Shown here piece after piece: positions 1-9,700 of a stretch of 64,000 nt of DNA (positions are counted from its first letter, which is position 1; every line of letters starts with the position of its first letter). The position numbers and the translations under genes were made by a program. The DNA is from an uncultured virus (IMG/VR IMGVR_UViG_3300025789_000021) (lineage: Duplodnaviria > Heunggongvirae > Uroviricota > Caudoviricetes), in IMG/VR virus record IMGVR_UViG_3300025789_000021; one strand, 5' to 3'. Below the pieces are notes generated by a model. That model was not told the DNA's origin. It ran no database searches and saw only the letters and a program-made list of their open reading frames with translations.

Positions 1-166
1 AACGTAATGCAATGTTATCCCTTGGATGACAATTATGAACTACCAACCCAGTGGCTGAATTAACATAATATTGATCATCATCAGTTTCATGATTTGGCTT
101 CACTTCCATGTTATATACAAAACCATCATATTTTACTTTAGTGATTTCGTTAATTGTCGTCTTCAT
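1..166 (-). CDS. ugd: Split intein C-half (45 aa) fused to the C-terminal part of UDP-glucose 6-dehydrogenase; runs off the window edge; absent from the ORF track
   Basis: My translation from ATG 166 is MKTTINEITKVKYDGFVYNMEVKPNHETDDDQYYVNSATGLVVHN|CHPRDNIALR. It has intein block F (VYNMEV) and block G (VVHN/C). CHPRD completes the UGDH GGxC-x-P-K/R-D active-site motif. ATGA overlap with the upstream ORF stop. Confidence 0.92.
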   Translation of the reverse strand, partial: MKTTINEITKVKYDGFVYNMEVKPNHETDDDQYYVNSATGLVVHNCHPRDNIALR

Positions 167-1044
167 AATTTTTCCTTTAATGTTTTACATTTGTCTCCAT
201 GCCATCGTTTATAGTTGCCTTTATTGGTAACAATTCCACAATGATAACATAATTCTGTTTTCCCATTTAGTATTTGATTTTGTTTTTCACGTTCTTCTAC
301 TGTCCGGTTGACATTCCACAATTTAACTGCTTCTGATATCAGTCTACCTCGAATTTCTTTTTCTTCTTCTGTCAATCTATCATGATAATTCTGTGTAGCG
401 GCTGATAAATTATTACGATGTTTTATGCTTTCTTCTTCTGTTCTATTGGCATAGTATTCTTTTGATCCCATGGAAAGCAGTTCAGCGGTATGTTCACATA
501 TACCTTCCCACCAACCTTGGCGCATCAATTCATTCTTACGTTTTTCATCTGCTAACACTTGGCTTACTCCATTGGTTATCCAAGTTTTACCATAAGCATT
601 ATTTTTTTCTCCGGTCTCATTCCGAATATTATTCAATGACACTCTTTTACTATTTGGTGATCTCCCAATTGACCATCCTTGATCTTCCATAATATTAATC
701 AATGATAATTTAACACACACTTCAATATCGCCTTTTGACATCCATTTGGTGCCCAGAACAGTATATCTTCCATCAGCATAACTTCTATTAAAACTCATTG
801 GGCTGTTAACAGCATCCAATTCTTTTAGTATAATATTTTCACGTTGTCTTATGTATAATTGATCGCCTGTCTCTAATATTTCGCGAGACCATTGGTCCGG
901 ATTGGCAATAATCATTGGCTCAACTATATCACTTGAACATAGATATCCATCTTGTGGATGACAACCCTCGCGTGTGCGGGAACCAATATACCACATGCCG
1001 GTAGGTTTATATGTCCACTTATAAATGTATGCTATTGTTTTCAT
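163..1044 (-). CDS. Free-standing GIY-YIG (Seg-like) homing endonuclease
   Basis: N-terminal YIYKWT...WYIGSR...GY..SS motif and C-terminal CxxC...YKRWHGDKC module. Lies between the two ugd/intein halves. Confidence 0.8.
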   Translation of the reverse strand: MKTIAYIYKWTYKPTGMWYIGSRTREGCHPQDGYLCSSDIVEPMIIANPDQWSREILETGDQLYIRQRENIILKELDAVNSPMSFNRSYADGRYTVLGTKWMSKGDIEVCVKLSLINIMEDQGWSIGRSPNSKRVSLNNIRNETGEKNNAYGKTWITNGVSQVLADEKRKNELMRQGWWEGICEHTAELLSMGSKEYYANRTEEESIKHRNNLSAATQNYHDRLTEEEKEIRGRLISEAVKLWNVNRTVEEREKQNQILNGKTELCYHCGIVTNKGNYKRWHGDKCKTLKEKL

Positions 1045-1066
1045 CAATATATTTATTATTTAATAT

Positions 1067-2137
1067 TCATGTAAACTTATCAATGACAAACAACTTATCG
1101 GTGTGCAGCACTTCGTCAGCCCTAGTCAACATATGCACTCCATCTCGTTCAATAGGAAGTAGATGATTGTCAGTGACAATCAAATCACCAATGAAAGTGT
1201 TAAATTTGATCATCTCCCCACTGAATGGTGTTTTGGTTACCGCCTTGATTGTTTTTTGATCTGTCCTACTGCAGTCTGCGGTGGTAGATACAACCATAAA
1301 CTTATCGGTTGAATTAAATTTATCATATAATTCTTCCATAGTTATCATCTCGTCATTTACTGTTACCGTAAATGATGGGAGAACACACGCGCCGCCATCG
1401 CCCATTCCTGCAGTCATATAAGCCGGTCCAGTGATACGATAATTGGAACGTGCGAGAGCACCTGTGACCACATCAACGTTGATGTTACCATTTTTCTCGG
1501 CAACATCCTGAATCATATTGACAATTCCAACTTTTGCCGAAATAAAAGTATTGTAAAAAATCTTAATTGATTCTGCCTCATCCCATGTTCCTACTTCATA
1601 TCGTGGGTCATTTTGCATGAATGCCTCATAAAAATGAATCAGTTCGGCAGCATCACCTGTAATAGAACCATCTTCGGTGCCAATGATGACCATTTCTGGA
1701 TTAGCCATGTCCCATTTAATAGTTCCCATTGCGATAAGATATGGGTTATAAATGAAGCGCGCATTGGTAATGCAAGGGCGCAATTGATTGCGCACTGTTC
1801 CAGGAAGGACAGTGCTAATTAATACTACTAACTGATTCTTATTAACCCATTTATTAACTTCTTTGAGAATATCCGTCACAATGGTATAATCAAAATCTTT
1901 ATTAGGGAGGTGACTTGTTGGAGTTTCACCGCCATATATGGGGTTATGTGGTGTCGGTGCCGCAATGAAGATAATATCTCTTCCTGATACTGCTTCCTGA
2001 ATAGTATTACACATTGGAAACGTTGGAGTTCTTAATTCTACATCATAACCGACAACATCATAATAATCTGCCATTACTTCTGCGCAGTCTTGTCCGAGTT
2101 TTCCAACTCCAATCATTGCTACTTTTTTAATTGCCAT
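1067..2137 (-). CDS. ugd: UDP-glucose 6-dehydrogenase N-terminal part (aa 1-250) fused to split intein N-half (aa 251-356)
   Basis: Rossmann GVGKLG, ISTVLPGT, EAESIKIFYNTFISAK and GMGDGGA motifs, then intein block A (CVLPSFTVTV, Cys codon 1387-1385) and block B (IVTDNH). The ORF stops without a C-terminal HN. Confidence 0.92.
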   Translation of the reverse strand: MAIKKVAMIGVGKLGQDCAEVMADYYDVVGYDVELRTPTFPMCNTIQEAVSGRDIIFIAAPTPHNPIYGGETPTSHLPNKDFDYTIVTDILKEVNKWVNKNQLVVLISTVLPGTVRNQLRPCITNARFIYNPYLIAMGTIKWDMANPEMVIIGTEDGSITGDAAELIHFYEAFMQNDPRYEVGTWDEAESIKIFYNTFISAKVGIVNMIQDVAEKNGNINVDVVTGALARSNYRITGPAYMTAGMGDGGACVLPSFTVTVNDEMITMEELYDKFNSTDKFMVVSTTADCSRTDQKTIKAVTKTPFSGEMIKFNTFIGDLIVTDNHLLPIERDGVHMLTRADEVLHTDKLFVIDKFT

Positions 2138-2276
2138 TTTTTAATTCCTGTTCAAATTTTTCAATTTCTGATTCAAGGGCGGCGCGAAAGGCAGAAGTAA
2201 GTTCATAGATTACATGGTCCTCTCCATGAAGGGCGATCATATCTTGTATTACTTCCTTATCAATTTCAAACTTCAC
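2127..2276 (-). CDS. Small hypothetical protein (49 aa, GTG start), absent from the ORF track
   Basis: MKFEIDKEVIQDMIALHGEDHVIYELTSAFRAALESEIEKFEQELKNGN; AAGGA upstream; fills the gap and overlaps both neighbours. Confidence 0.6.
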   Translation of the reverse strand: MKFEIDKEVIQDMIALHGEDHVIYELTSAFRAALESEIEKFEQELKNGN

Positions 2277-2529
2277 TGATATCTTCCTTAATACTTTTTG
2301 GCGCGCTTACCTTATAAGTTCTAATGTTGGTAAGAATGTCTCTCATTTTTACTTCAATACTGTTGTCATCTGTATCAAGTGTAACCCGTGCTGCTGCTGT
2401 CGGTCCAAACACTCTAAGAATATCATTCATGATCGCATCGCAGGTTTCTTGTGAAATTTCTTCAAATAGATATTTTGTGATGATGGAATTTACAGCAGTA
2501 TCCATCTGTTCATGCATATTAAAGGTCAT
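2266..2529 (-). CDS. Hypothetical protein
   Basis: 87-aa ORF tightly packed in the minus-strand run. Confidence 0.65.
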   Translation of the reverse strand: MTFNMHEQMDTAVNSIITKYLFEEISQETCDAIMNDILRVFGPTAAARVTLDTDDNSIEVKMRDILTNIRTYKVSAPKSIKEDISEV

Positions 2530-2530
2530 G

Positions 2531-3031
2531 TTATTTTTCTCGCCCCAACATGTTTAGATGAGTATTGATCACTTCTTTATCTTTTGCCTGCTTTGTTAAC
2601 ATAATACTAATTTCTTTTTTTCGCAGGACTTTCCAGTCCTTTTTTTGTTTTGGAATCTTAACTACACACGGCTTGCTGATATTGGTAGCATGGTTCCGAA
2701 TGCGAGCAGCCAGATGTTCCAGTTTAGATGCTAACCAGTCATAGAAACGAACACGAAGACAATTGTTCTTGTCCGTAATAGAATCAAACTTTTGAAAAAG
2801 ATTGCGATTGAAGGCAACATTTTTAGTCAGTTGGAGCTTTTCTTTTAGTTTCTCTACTTTACGCTCAAGTTCAAGCAAAATGGAGGTCTCAGTTATGGCC
2901 TTGGTCTTGTTATCTGCCGGTAAATCAGCGACCAGCGTTCTCTGTTGTTCCAATCTGGTAATGAGTGCAGTCAATTCAACCTCAAGTGCTGGAATTTCCT
3001 CCACATCATAATGTGTGTATTTTAATGTCAT
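2531..3031 (-). CDS. Hypothetical coiled-coil protein
   Basis: 166 aa with heptad-like Leu/Glu/Lys pattern and GGAG upstream. Confidence 0.7.
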   Translation of the reverse strand: MTLKYTHYDVEEIPALEVELTALITRLEQQRTLVADLPADNKTKAITETSILLELERKVEKLKEKLQLTKNVAFNRNLFQKFDSITDKNNCLRVRFYDWLASKLEHLAARIRNHATNISKPCVVKIPKQKKDWKVLRKKEISIMLTKQAKDKEVINTHLNMLGREK

Positions 3032-3087
3032 GTTATTTCTCCGAAACTTATAGTTACTTATTTCAGAACATGAACCATATATTTTTT

Positions 3088-3285
3088 TTAACTTTCTCTA
3101 ATCACATCAAAAATATCACCCCATTCAAAGTCAACCTCATACTGTTGGTAAAGAAATTTCCCTACCATACGACAATATGCGACCTTAAAGGGATATATGA
3201 GCTTCCCACTGATTGAACTGCGAAACCACCTTGGCCTCATCGGCATCCAATCTTGAATTAATATAATGTCACCTCGCGAATTCAT
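3088..3285 (-). CDS. Hypothetical protein
   Basis: ATG 3285 overlaps the upstream TGA (ATGA). Confidence 0.6.
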   Translation of the reverse strand: MNSRGDIILIQDWMPMRPRWFRSSISGKLIYPFKVAYCRMVGKFLYQQYEVDFEWGDIFDVIRES

Positions 3286-3689
3286 GAATATTTCAGCGTC
3301 AAACAAACCCAAGCCCGGTAAGCATCGCGTTCGTTATAAAATTTCCAAGTTGTGCGTCCACAAAAATTTTCGCGATAACAATCTGCATTTATCAGCATCG
3401 TTACTTCATTTTCCCACTCTATCGCCTCATTCGTATGACCAAGATTATAGTTGGTAGTAATTTTATAGCTGGTGATTTTATGGTTTTGAAAGCGAGCGCC
3501 TTTGCCATTATGATGGCGGTGAACACTTTTGATCATGGTGAAATATGTTGATGTCTGTAGTGTTTTATCCGTGTTTGACATTTTTGTTTTCCGTAAGGTA
3601 TGTTGAGGATTTCTTATGAGTCCGCGAGTAAATACAGCGGGCGCATGCCAAGGATATGAGCCGCTGCCAATATAGTATCTACCGCTCAT
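3282..3689 (-). CDS. Small hypothetical protein of the F-x-L-(R/K)-(W/Y)-S family
   Basis: Ends FYNERDAYRAWVCLTLKYS; ATGA-coupled; the true start may be the internal MSNTDK. Confidence 0.6.
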   Translation of the reverse strand: MSGRYYIGSGSYPWHAPAVFTRGLIRNPQHTLRKTKMSNTDKTLQTSTYFTMIKSVHRHHNGKGARFQNHKITSYKITTNYNLGHTNEAIEWENEVTMLINADCYRENFCGRTTWKFYNERDAYRAWVCLTLKYS

Positions 3690-3910
3690 AAATATTTCAA
3701 GTTAAACCACATTTCCTGTTGGTCGCTTTCAAACTCAAAATCAACGTTGAAACTATGTCTATCATAATCAAGCGAAACCGTAACATCATGTATCTCATCA
3801 GCAAGATATGACAAGAGATATCTTCTCATTTCATGCTGTAGGTCCGGGTTCATCGCTCTACCTTTAAACACTAACATTAGATCATCAGTAATACTGGCTG
3901 GAATATTCAT
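3686..3910 (-). CDS. Small hypothetical protein, same family
   Basis: Ends FESDQQEMWFNLKYL; ATGA-coupled. Confidence 0.7.
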   Translation of the reverse strand: MNIPASITDDLMLVFKGRAMNPDLQHEMRRYLLSYLADEIHDVTVSLDYDRHSFNVDFEFESDQQEMWFNLKYL

Positions 3911-4125
3911 AACACCCTCAACAGAAATGCAGTAAACTCTTGTTCAGAGTCAAACGTAACAGTGATACCTTTACCGGATAGACTTAGTTTGCACGTATAG
4001 TAATCATTCCACACCTGTCCCCAGGTGTTGATACTGGTGTTTTCTCGTTCTGTCCACCCTTTAAGGTATGCTTTTTTATACCAGTCTGGTTCTTCACCTA
4101 TTAGGAAAGTTACTTGGTATGTCAT
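3907..4125 (-). CDS. Small hypothetical protein, same family
   Basis: Ends FDSEQEFTAFLLRVL; ATG 4125 lies in an ATGA overlap. Confidence 0.7.
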   Translation of the reverse strand: MTYQVTFLIGEEPDWYKKAYLKGWTERENTSINTWGQVWNDYYTCKLSLSGKGITVTFDSEQEFTAFLLRVL

Positions 4126-4556
4126 GACCATCGCAACGTGAACCACGTATAGTCACTTTCTTCCTTAAAGGCAAAGAACATAATATCTGCCCCGGCAGCG
4201 ATGTTTACAAAGTAATCTCCGTTATGGTCTTGTCTAACGCGATGCCATTCATTACGCCACTTACCTTGACAGTGCTGCTCACACCATTCTACCATATCAT
4301 CTATTTCATCAAATTGAAAGTTGTTAGATGCGCTGGGCCGCAATAAAGAGCGTCTTGGTGACGACTTATAGTAACTGGATGGCACCGCCCAAACAGAAGA
4401 ATACCCATGATAAACCTGACTCACCAGATAGTGCTGGGCATTGTAATCGGGATCATATTTAAGTTCGTATTCGCGCCAAGTTTTGCAATCATAATTTTCA
4501 AGAAAGCGTTTTTCGCGCCATCCTTTCCACCGTGCCTTGAGTTCGCTAAGATTCAT
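4122..4556 (-). CDS. Small hypothetical protein, same family
   Basis: Contains EWCEQH and ends FKEESDYTWFTLRWS; ATG 4556 lies in an ATGA overlap. Confidence 0.75.
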   Translation of the reverse strand: MNLSELKARWKGWREKRFLENYDCKTWREYELKYDPDYNAQHYLVSQVYHGYSSVWAVPSSYYKSSPRRSLLRPSASNNFQFDEIDDMVEWCEQHCQGKWRNEWHRVRQDHNGDYFVNIAAGADIMFFAFKEESDYTWFTLRWS

Positions 4557-4900
4557 GACCACCTCAATAAAAACCAAGCGACATCGTTCTCATTCCTGAT
4601 ATAGATATAATAAATGCCGATATACCAAGAACCATGTTCAAAATTTTGTTCGCACCATTTCCATATTTCATGATAATCCTCAGGATCAAGTTCAGAATAC
4701 CAACCGCCATCTCGTCCTTCTATCCACTGATTCTTGTCAGCTATAATACCAAGATCATCAGTCCATCCTTCTGGATGTCCCGGATCATAGCGAAATTCTG
4801 GTTTAACTTTTTTCACTGGAGGCATTGTCCATTTTGTTTTCAGTTTTACAACTTTAGAGTTTAATCTAATCTTTGTAATTTCAAATTTAACACCAGTCAT
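4553..4900 (-). CDS. Small hypothetical protein, same family
   Basis: Contains KWCEQN and ends IRNENDVAWFLLRWS; ATG 4900 lies in an ATGA overlap. Confidence 0.75.
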   Translation of the reverse strand: MTGVKFEITKIRLNSKVVKLKTKWTMPPVKKVKPEFRYDPGHPEGWTDDLGIIADKNQWIEGRDGGWYSELDPEDYHEIWKWCEQNFEHGSWYIGIYYIYIRNENDVAWFLLRWS

Positions 4901-5220
4901 GACCACCTCAACAAGAAAAACGTTAAATCTGATTCACGTGAAAAATGGTATTCTCCATTCACATAAGATGCGCCAGCTTCCTTTAGGCGATTGCGCAAGT
5001 CATCAATAATGTTAATGAGTTTTATATTCGGATGCATCTCGCGCGAACGCTGCCGATCTTCCAGTATGAATGTTTGAAAATTATAAAATGCTTGCTTATG
5101 ATTATCATCATCAATTACATATAAATTATTAAGACACCACTTTTCAATGAATGGGATTGCCCACTTATCAGCAGGATTAAGATCAATTTTGTGTTTAGCG
5201 GACATTATGACAGATTCCAT
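4897..5220 (-). CDS. Small hypothetical protein, same family
   Basis: Contains KWC and ends FSRESDLTFFLLRWS. Confidence 0.7.
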   Translation of the reverse strand: MESVIMSAKHKIDLNPADKWAIPFIEKWCLNNLYVIDDDNHKQAFYNFQTFILEDRQRSREMHPNIKLINIIDDLRNRLKEAGASYVNGEYHFSRESDLTFFLLRWS

Positions 5221-5287
5221 ATAGGCTACAGTGATATTTTTCTCACCGTATACCTTTTATGCAACACAGTCAAGTGTTATTTTGAAA

Positions 5288-6352
5288 TTATACCTCTAGA
5301 GTGACGTATGTCAATGTTACCGTAACAGGATTTGTGCTGCCGCTGTTATTGTAAATTTTGAGATACATATTTGTAGTCACAGGGCTTTCTGCATTGAACC
5401 CGAATGCTGCGGGAGTAAAGAATGTAGTAACATTGGTTCCAGTCGTAATGGACTGACCAATTACACCACTTCCCGCCGTTGGTGGAGTTCCGATTGCTCT
5501 GCTGCTATCAGCACTTTGTGCGGCTGCACTGGTGTATACTACGACCCATGCGCCAACCGATGCAGTGATGCTGTATAACGCATATCCTTTGGCTGCTGTT
5601 ACTGTTGCAGTGGCGCTTGCTTGATATGCAAGCGAAGCGGTAGTGGTTGCTACGGTTGTGCGGCTTGATAATCCAGTCACTGTTCCAGCAAGAGGAATTG
5701 CCACACCATTTGCATACATATAGTTATCGCACTTGATACCATACGTGCCTCCAGAAGGTAATTGAATTCCTCCTGACACAAAATTTAATGCAGTTGCTCC
5801 TGCCCCACCGGCACCACCAGAAATGTTCCATACGCCAGTCAGTGTTCCCGATGTAGTTGCGCTTCCTGTAGTAATATTGGCTGAAGTCAGAGTCCCCGTA
5901 ACATTTGCATTTGCTAATTTGACATTTGCTAAGTTTGCGCTAGTAGATACAGTGAGATATCCACTATTTAAAGTTCCAGTTGTGGCAGTTCCGGATGTTG
6001 ATAAATTTGAAGTATTAACATTTCCGGTTACGGTAATGTTTCCAAAAGTCGTGCTACCAGAAGACGTTGATGTTAGTGATAGCCAACTGGATGCACTAGT
6101 TACTCCCGTAACTGGACAAACATACATTGTGTTATTGTTGGTATTAAACCAAAGCTGTCCTTGGATGGGATTTGGCGGTGGAGTGTTTGCGGCAAAATTT
6201 TCCAACATTTGAACAAAGTTAGTATCAATTGCTTGACCATAACCTGAATAATTTCTTCCCGGTAAACCGAGAGAGGTGCTGGTAGTATTAATTGTTCCAT
6301 CTTGGATGGTGGTAAGGACAGTTCCGTTACTGTTTAAAATTGTATATGCCAT
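5288..6352 (-). CDS. Tail fibre / baseplate-attached structural protein
   Basis: N-terminal DGTIN.TSTSLGLPGR.Y.GYGQ..DTNFV...ENFA...PP.NP..GQ.W domain shared with 6778-10092; Thr/Ser/Gly-rich body. Confidence 0.7.
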   Translation of the reverse strand: MAYTILNSNGTVLTTIQDGTINTTSTSLGLPGRNYSGYGQAIDTNFVQMLENFAANTPPPNPIQGQLWFNTNNNTMYVCPVTGVTSASSWLSLTSTSSGSTTFGNITVTGNVNTSNLSTSGTATTGTLNSGYLTVSTSANLANVKLANANVTGTLTSANITTGSATTSGTLTGVWNISGGAGGAGATALNFVSGGIQLPSGGTYGIKCDNYMYANGVAIPLAGTVTGLSSRTTVATTTASLAYQASATATVTAAKGYALYSITASVGAWVVVYTSAAAQSADSSRAIGTPPTAGSGVIGQSITTGTNVTTFFTPAAFGFNAESPVTTNMYLKIYNNSGSTNPVTVTLTYVTLEV

Positions 6353-6398
6353 CTTTAATTCACTCCGATGTTCTATTTATCTTGTTTTTATTCATTAT

Positions 6399-6776
6399 TT
6401 AGAGTTTTTTGTTTGGAACATCTGGCCATATAACATTATCGGGATTGTCATATGTTTGTGGAATGTCACGCAGTTTCTGTCTATATATGGCATATGCTAA
6501 CGTGTCTCCCGGATAATCCGGCATTTGAGTAAAATCACTATTTTTCAATAATTCATTTCTTTTTTTTCGCACGGATTCCCATGTTTTAGTAATTATTCTA
6601 TCAACAACGATCAACTCATCGTTAACTAGTTTAATTTCCTTATTGCCATTATTAATTTCACTAAGCAATCTATCATATTGATCATTTGATAACTTAACTG
6701 CATCGTCTGGAAATTTTGGATACACTAGTTCGTCTGTATAGAATCCCTTCTCGGAAGGACTATAATAATATGTCAT
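6399..6776 (-). CDS. Tail fibre assembly chaperone (Tfa-like)
   Basis: YYYSPS..GFY start and RNELL..SDFTQMPD...YRQKLRDIP...VIWP end; directly downstream of a fibre gene. Confidence 0.8.
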   Translation of the reverse strand: MTYYYSPSEKGFYTDELVYPKFPDDAVKLSNDQYDRLLSEINNGNKEIKLVNDELIVVDRIITKTWESVRKKRNELLKNSDFTQMPDYPGDTLAYAIYRQKLRDIPQTYDNPDNVIWPDVPNKKL

Positions 6777-6777
6777 A

Positions 6778-9700
6778 TTAATATCCGAATGCTACCCACC
6801 TATAACCATAACCGTTATTACCACCAGATGATGCCTGATAGAATATAGTACAATAAGTGTTCCCGATGTATGGTACCTGAACCCACATATCATTGCCAGC
6901 ATCCGCATTTCCTCTATCAACGGCTACCACAGATAATACCATATTAGGAAATGCTATTGGATATGTTACCGTGACTCCGCCTTCTCCGGAATGATAAGTT
7001 TCATCATTTCCCCATTGCATTATGAGACCGTTTGGAAGTTTTGTCCAGCCACCTTTGGTACCACCATAAAATAAACCAGAATTACCTTGTGCATTGAAGT
7101 TTTCAGTCCATGCACTTAAGGACACGAAATTGTTTGGATTAGTGGCATTATATGGAGTGAAGCCCAAAGCGGTTGTTACTTGTGGTCCGGTTATCGTATT
7201 TACTACGCCTGCCGTCCCTGCATATACGGCATTTGTTGCAGATGAAACAGTTCCTGTGACATTTGCGCCAGTGATATTTGCTAATCCTGCGCCGTTACCG
7301 TAAAATGTACCAGCAGTTGATAGATTTCCGCTCCATATCAAGTTTGCAGTTGCTGAAGAATTTGATAGCCAATAACCCCACTGAGTGGTGGCAGTGCTAT
7401 CAGTTATTTGGAAATATGCATTGCCTGATGTTGCATTTGCGCGTAATCTTAATCCACCTGTTGTTCCTCCACTATTTGGCGTAGTTGTGTCAACCGTATT
7501 GGAAGACACCAATCCAGATAGTGTTCCTAGCGATGTAATATTTGGCTGTGCTGCTATTGCTACTGTACCATATACTAACGTAGCAAATAAATTGCCTGCA
7601 GAAATGTTTCCGTTTACTGATAAATTTGTAAGTGTTCCAACAGATGTGATGTTCGGTTGTGCACCTGTAGATACCGTGCTGGCAACACTGGCAGATGAAA
7701 CAGTTCCTGTGACATTCGCACCTGCGACTGAGTTTGCAACGGCAGCATAAGAAACAGTTCCTGTGACATTCGCACCTGCGACTGAGTTTGCAACGGCAGC
7801 ATAAGAAACAGTTCCTGTGACATTCGCACCAGTAATTGAAGTCAGACCAGAACCATTGCCATAATGATTTCCGTTGAGATTTGCTCCGGTAATATTTCCA
7901 TTTACGGACAATAAAGTCAATGTTCCAACAGATGTAATGTTCGGCTGTGCTGCTGTCGTTACGGTTCCTGCGGTTGTTGCAGAGGCTGCTAAACCTGCAC
8001 TGGTTGCATATGCCGCATTTGCAACCGTTCCTGTAACATTCGCACCATTAATTGATGAAATGGCCGCACCGTTCCCGGACAGATTACCAAAGAAGTTCCC
8101 GTTAATATTTGCTCCGGTAATATTTCCATTTACGGACAATGAAGTCAATGTTCCAACAGATGTGATGTTCGGCTGAGCATTTGTTGTTACAGTTCCTGCG
8201 GTTGTTGCAGAGGTTGCTATGGTTGCGCTTGGTACTGCTCCAATCACATTAGCGCCCGACACGCTACCAGCAGATGTCGCATATGCTGCATTAGCAACTG
8301 TACCACTCACGCTTGCTGCTAAAATGTATGATATTCCAGAACCATTGCCACTGAATGATCCAGCCGTATAAATTGTGCCATTAACCGCAAGAGAATTCAA
8401 CGTGCCTACCGTGACCAGATTTGTTGCTGTAGTAATATTTGGCTGTGATGCATTGGTGACAGTGTTTGCAGTAGTAGCATTGACACCAGCGGTTAGTGAT
8501 CCTGCTTGTGATGCATAGGTTGCATTTGCTACCGGTCCAGATACGTTTGCGCCTGCGACTGAGTTTGCAACAGCAGCATAAGGAACCGTCCCCGTAACAT
8601 TCGCACCATTGATGTTAGTTAATCCTGCACCATTACCAAAATGATTTCCGTTGAGATTTGCTCCGGTAATATTTCCTGAAACCACTAACCCAGTTAATGT
8701 ACCAACAGATGTAATGTTTGGCTGAGCATTTGCAGTAACTGTAACAGCAGTGGATGCTCCTGCTCCACCTACTAATTGCTGGGCATATAGGGCATAGTTT
8801 GCATTTGCAACCGTACCGATGACATTAGGACCGGACAGTGAATTTAATCCAGAACCATTACCATTGACAGTTGCGCCTGAAATTGCCCCGGATACAGATA
8901 AAGATTGTAACGTGCCCAACGAAGTAATATTTGGCTGCGCTGGAGTTGTTAATGTTCCGTTTAGGTATGTTCCTGATAGTAAATTAGCGCCAGCAATTTG
9001 TGAAGAAATTCCACTCATAGTAATACTTCCGTTTGATGCAAACGTAAGTTGAGTAAATGAATTACTTACTTGTGTAATGTTTGGCTGTGAACTTACAGAT
9101 ACCGTCGCAGCGTATCCAGTTGTGTTTTGGTTAAGAGTCGCGACATATGACGGCTGAATTGGGCTTCCCTGCCACACACCAGTTGTGATGGTCCCGATTG
9201 ATGCGAGATTAGTTGCAGATGTAATGTTCGGTTGTGCACCCACAGATACTGTATTGGCAACATTGGCATTGGGCACATATCCGGTTACATTTGCGCCAGT
9301 AATTGATGAAAGTGCGGAACCATTACCTAAAAGATAATTTGCAGTAATATTACCGTTTGCGTTAATAGTGCCATTGCCAAACAGTGTATTGGAGGATACA
9401 TTCCCTACAGTCAAACTAGACAGAGTTCCAACAGACGTAATATTTGGCTGAGCATGTGTTGTTAATGTTCCAGTAAAATATGTAGCAGTCGCAGAATTTC
9501 CTAATGTGGCATTGCCTGAGGTAATGTTTCCATTTGCATCAATTCCGAAAATCTTATTAACACCAATTCCATTATTGTAGAAATTTATACCATCGGATGT
9601 TCCAACACTGATTCTTCCATTAGCTACAACATAATCAACTACAATGCCGTCAGAGAACAAACCAGTATATGCACCATTTGCAGATATACCTTGGGTGATG

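Noticed and set aside
1067..2137. ugd as a truncated pseudogene
   Set aside because: The apparent truncation is explained by the intein N-half, and the matching C-half plus extein starts at 166.
6778..7100. Diversity-generating retroelement or invertible fibre tip
   Set aside because: No reverse transcriptase, invertase or second copy of the tip sequence was seen in this window.
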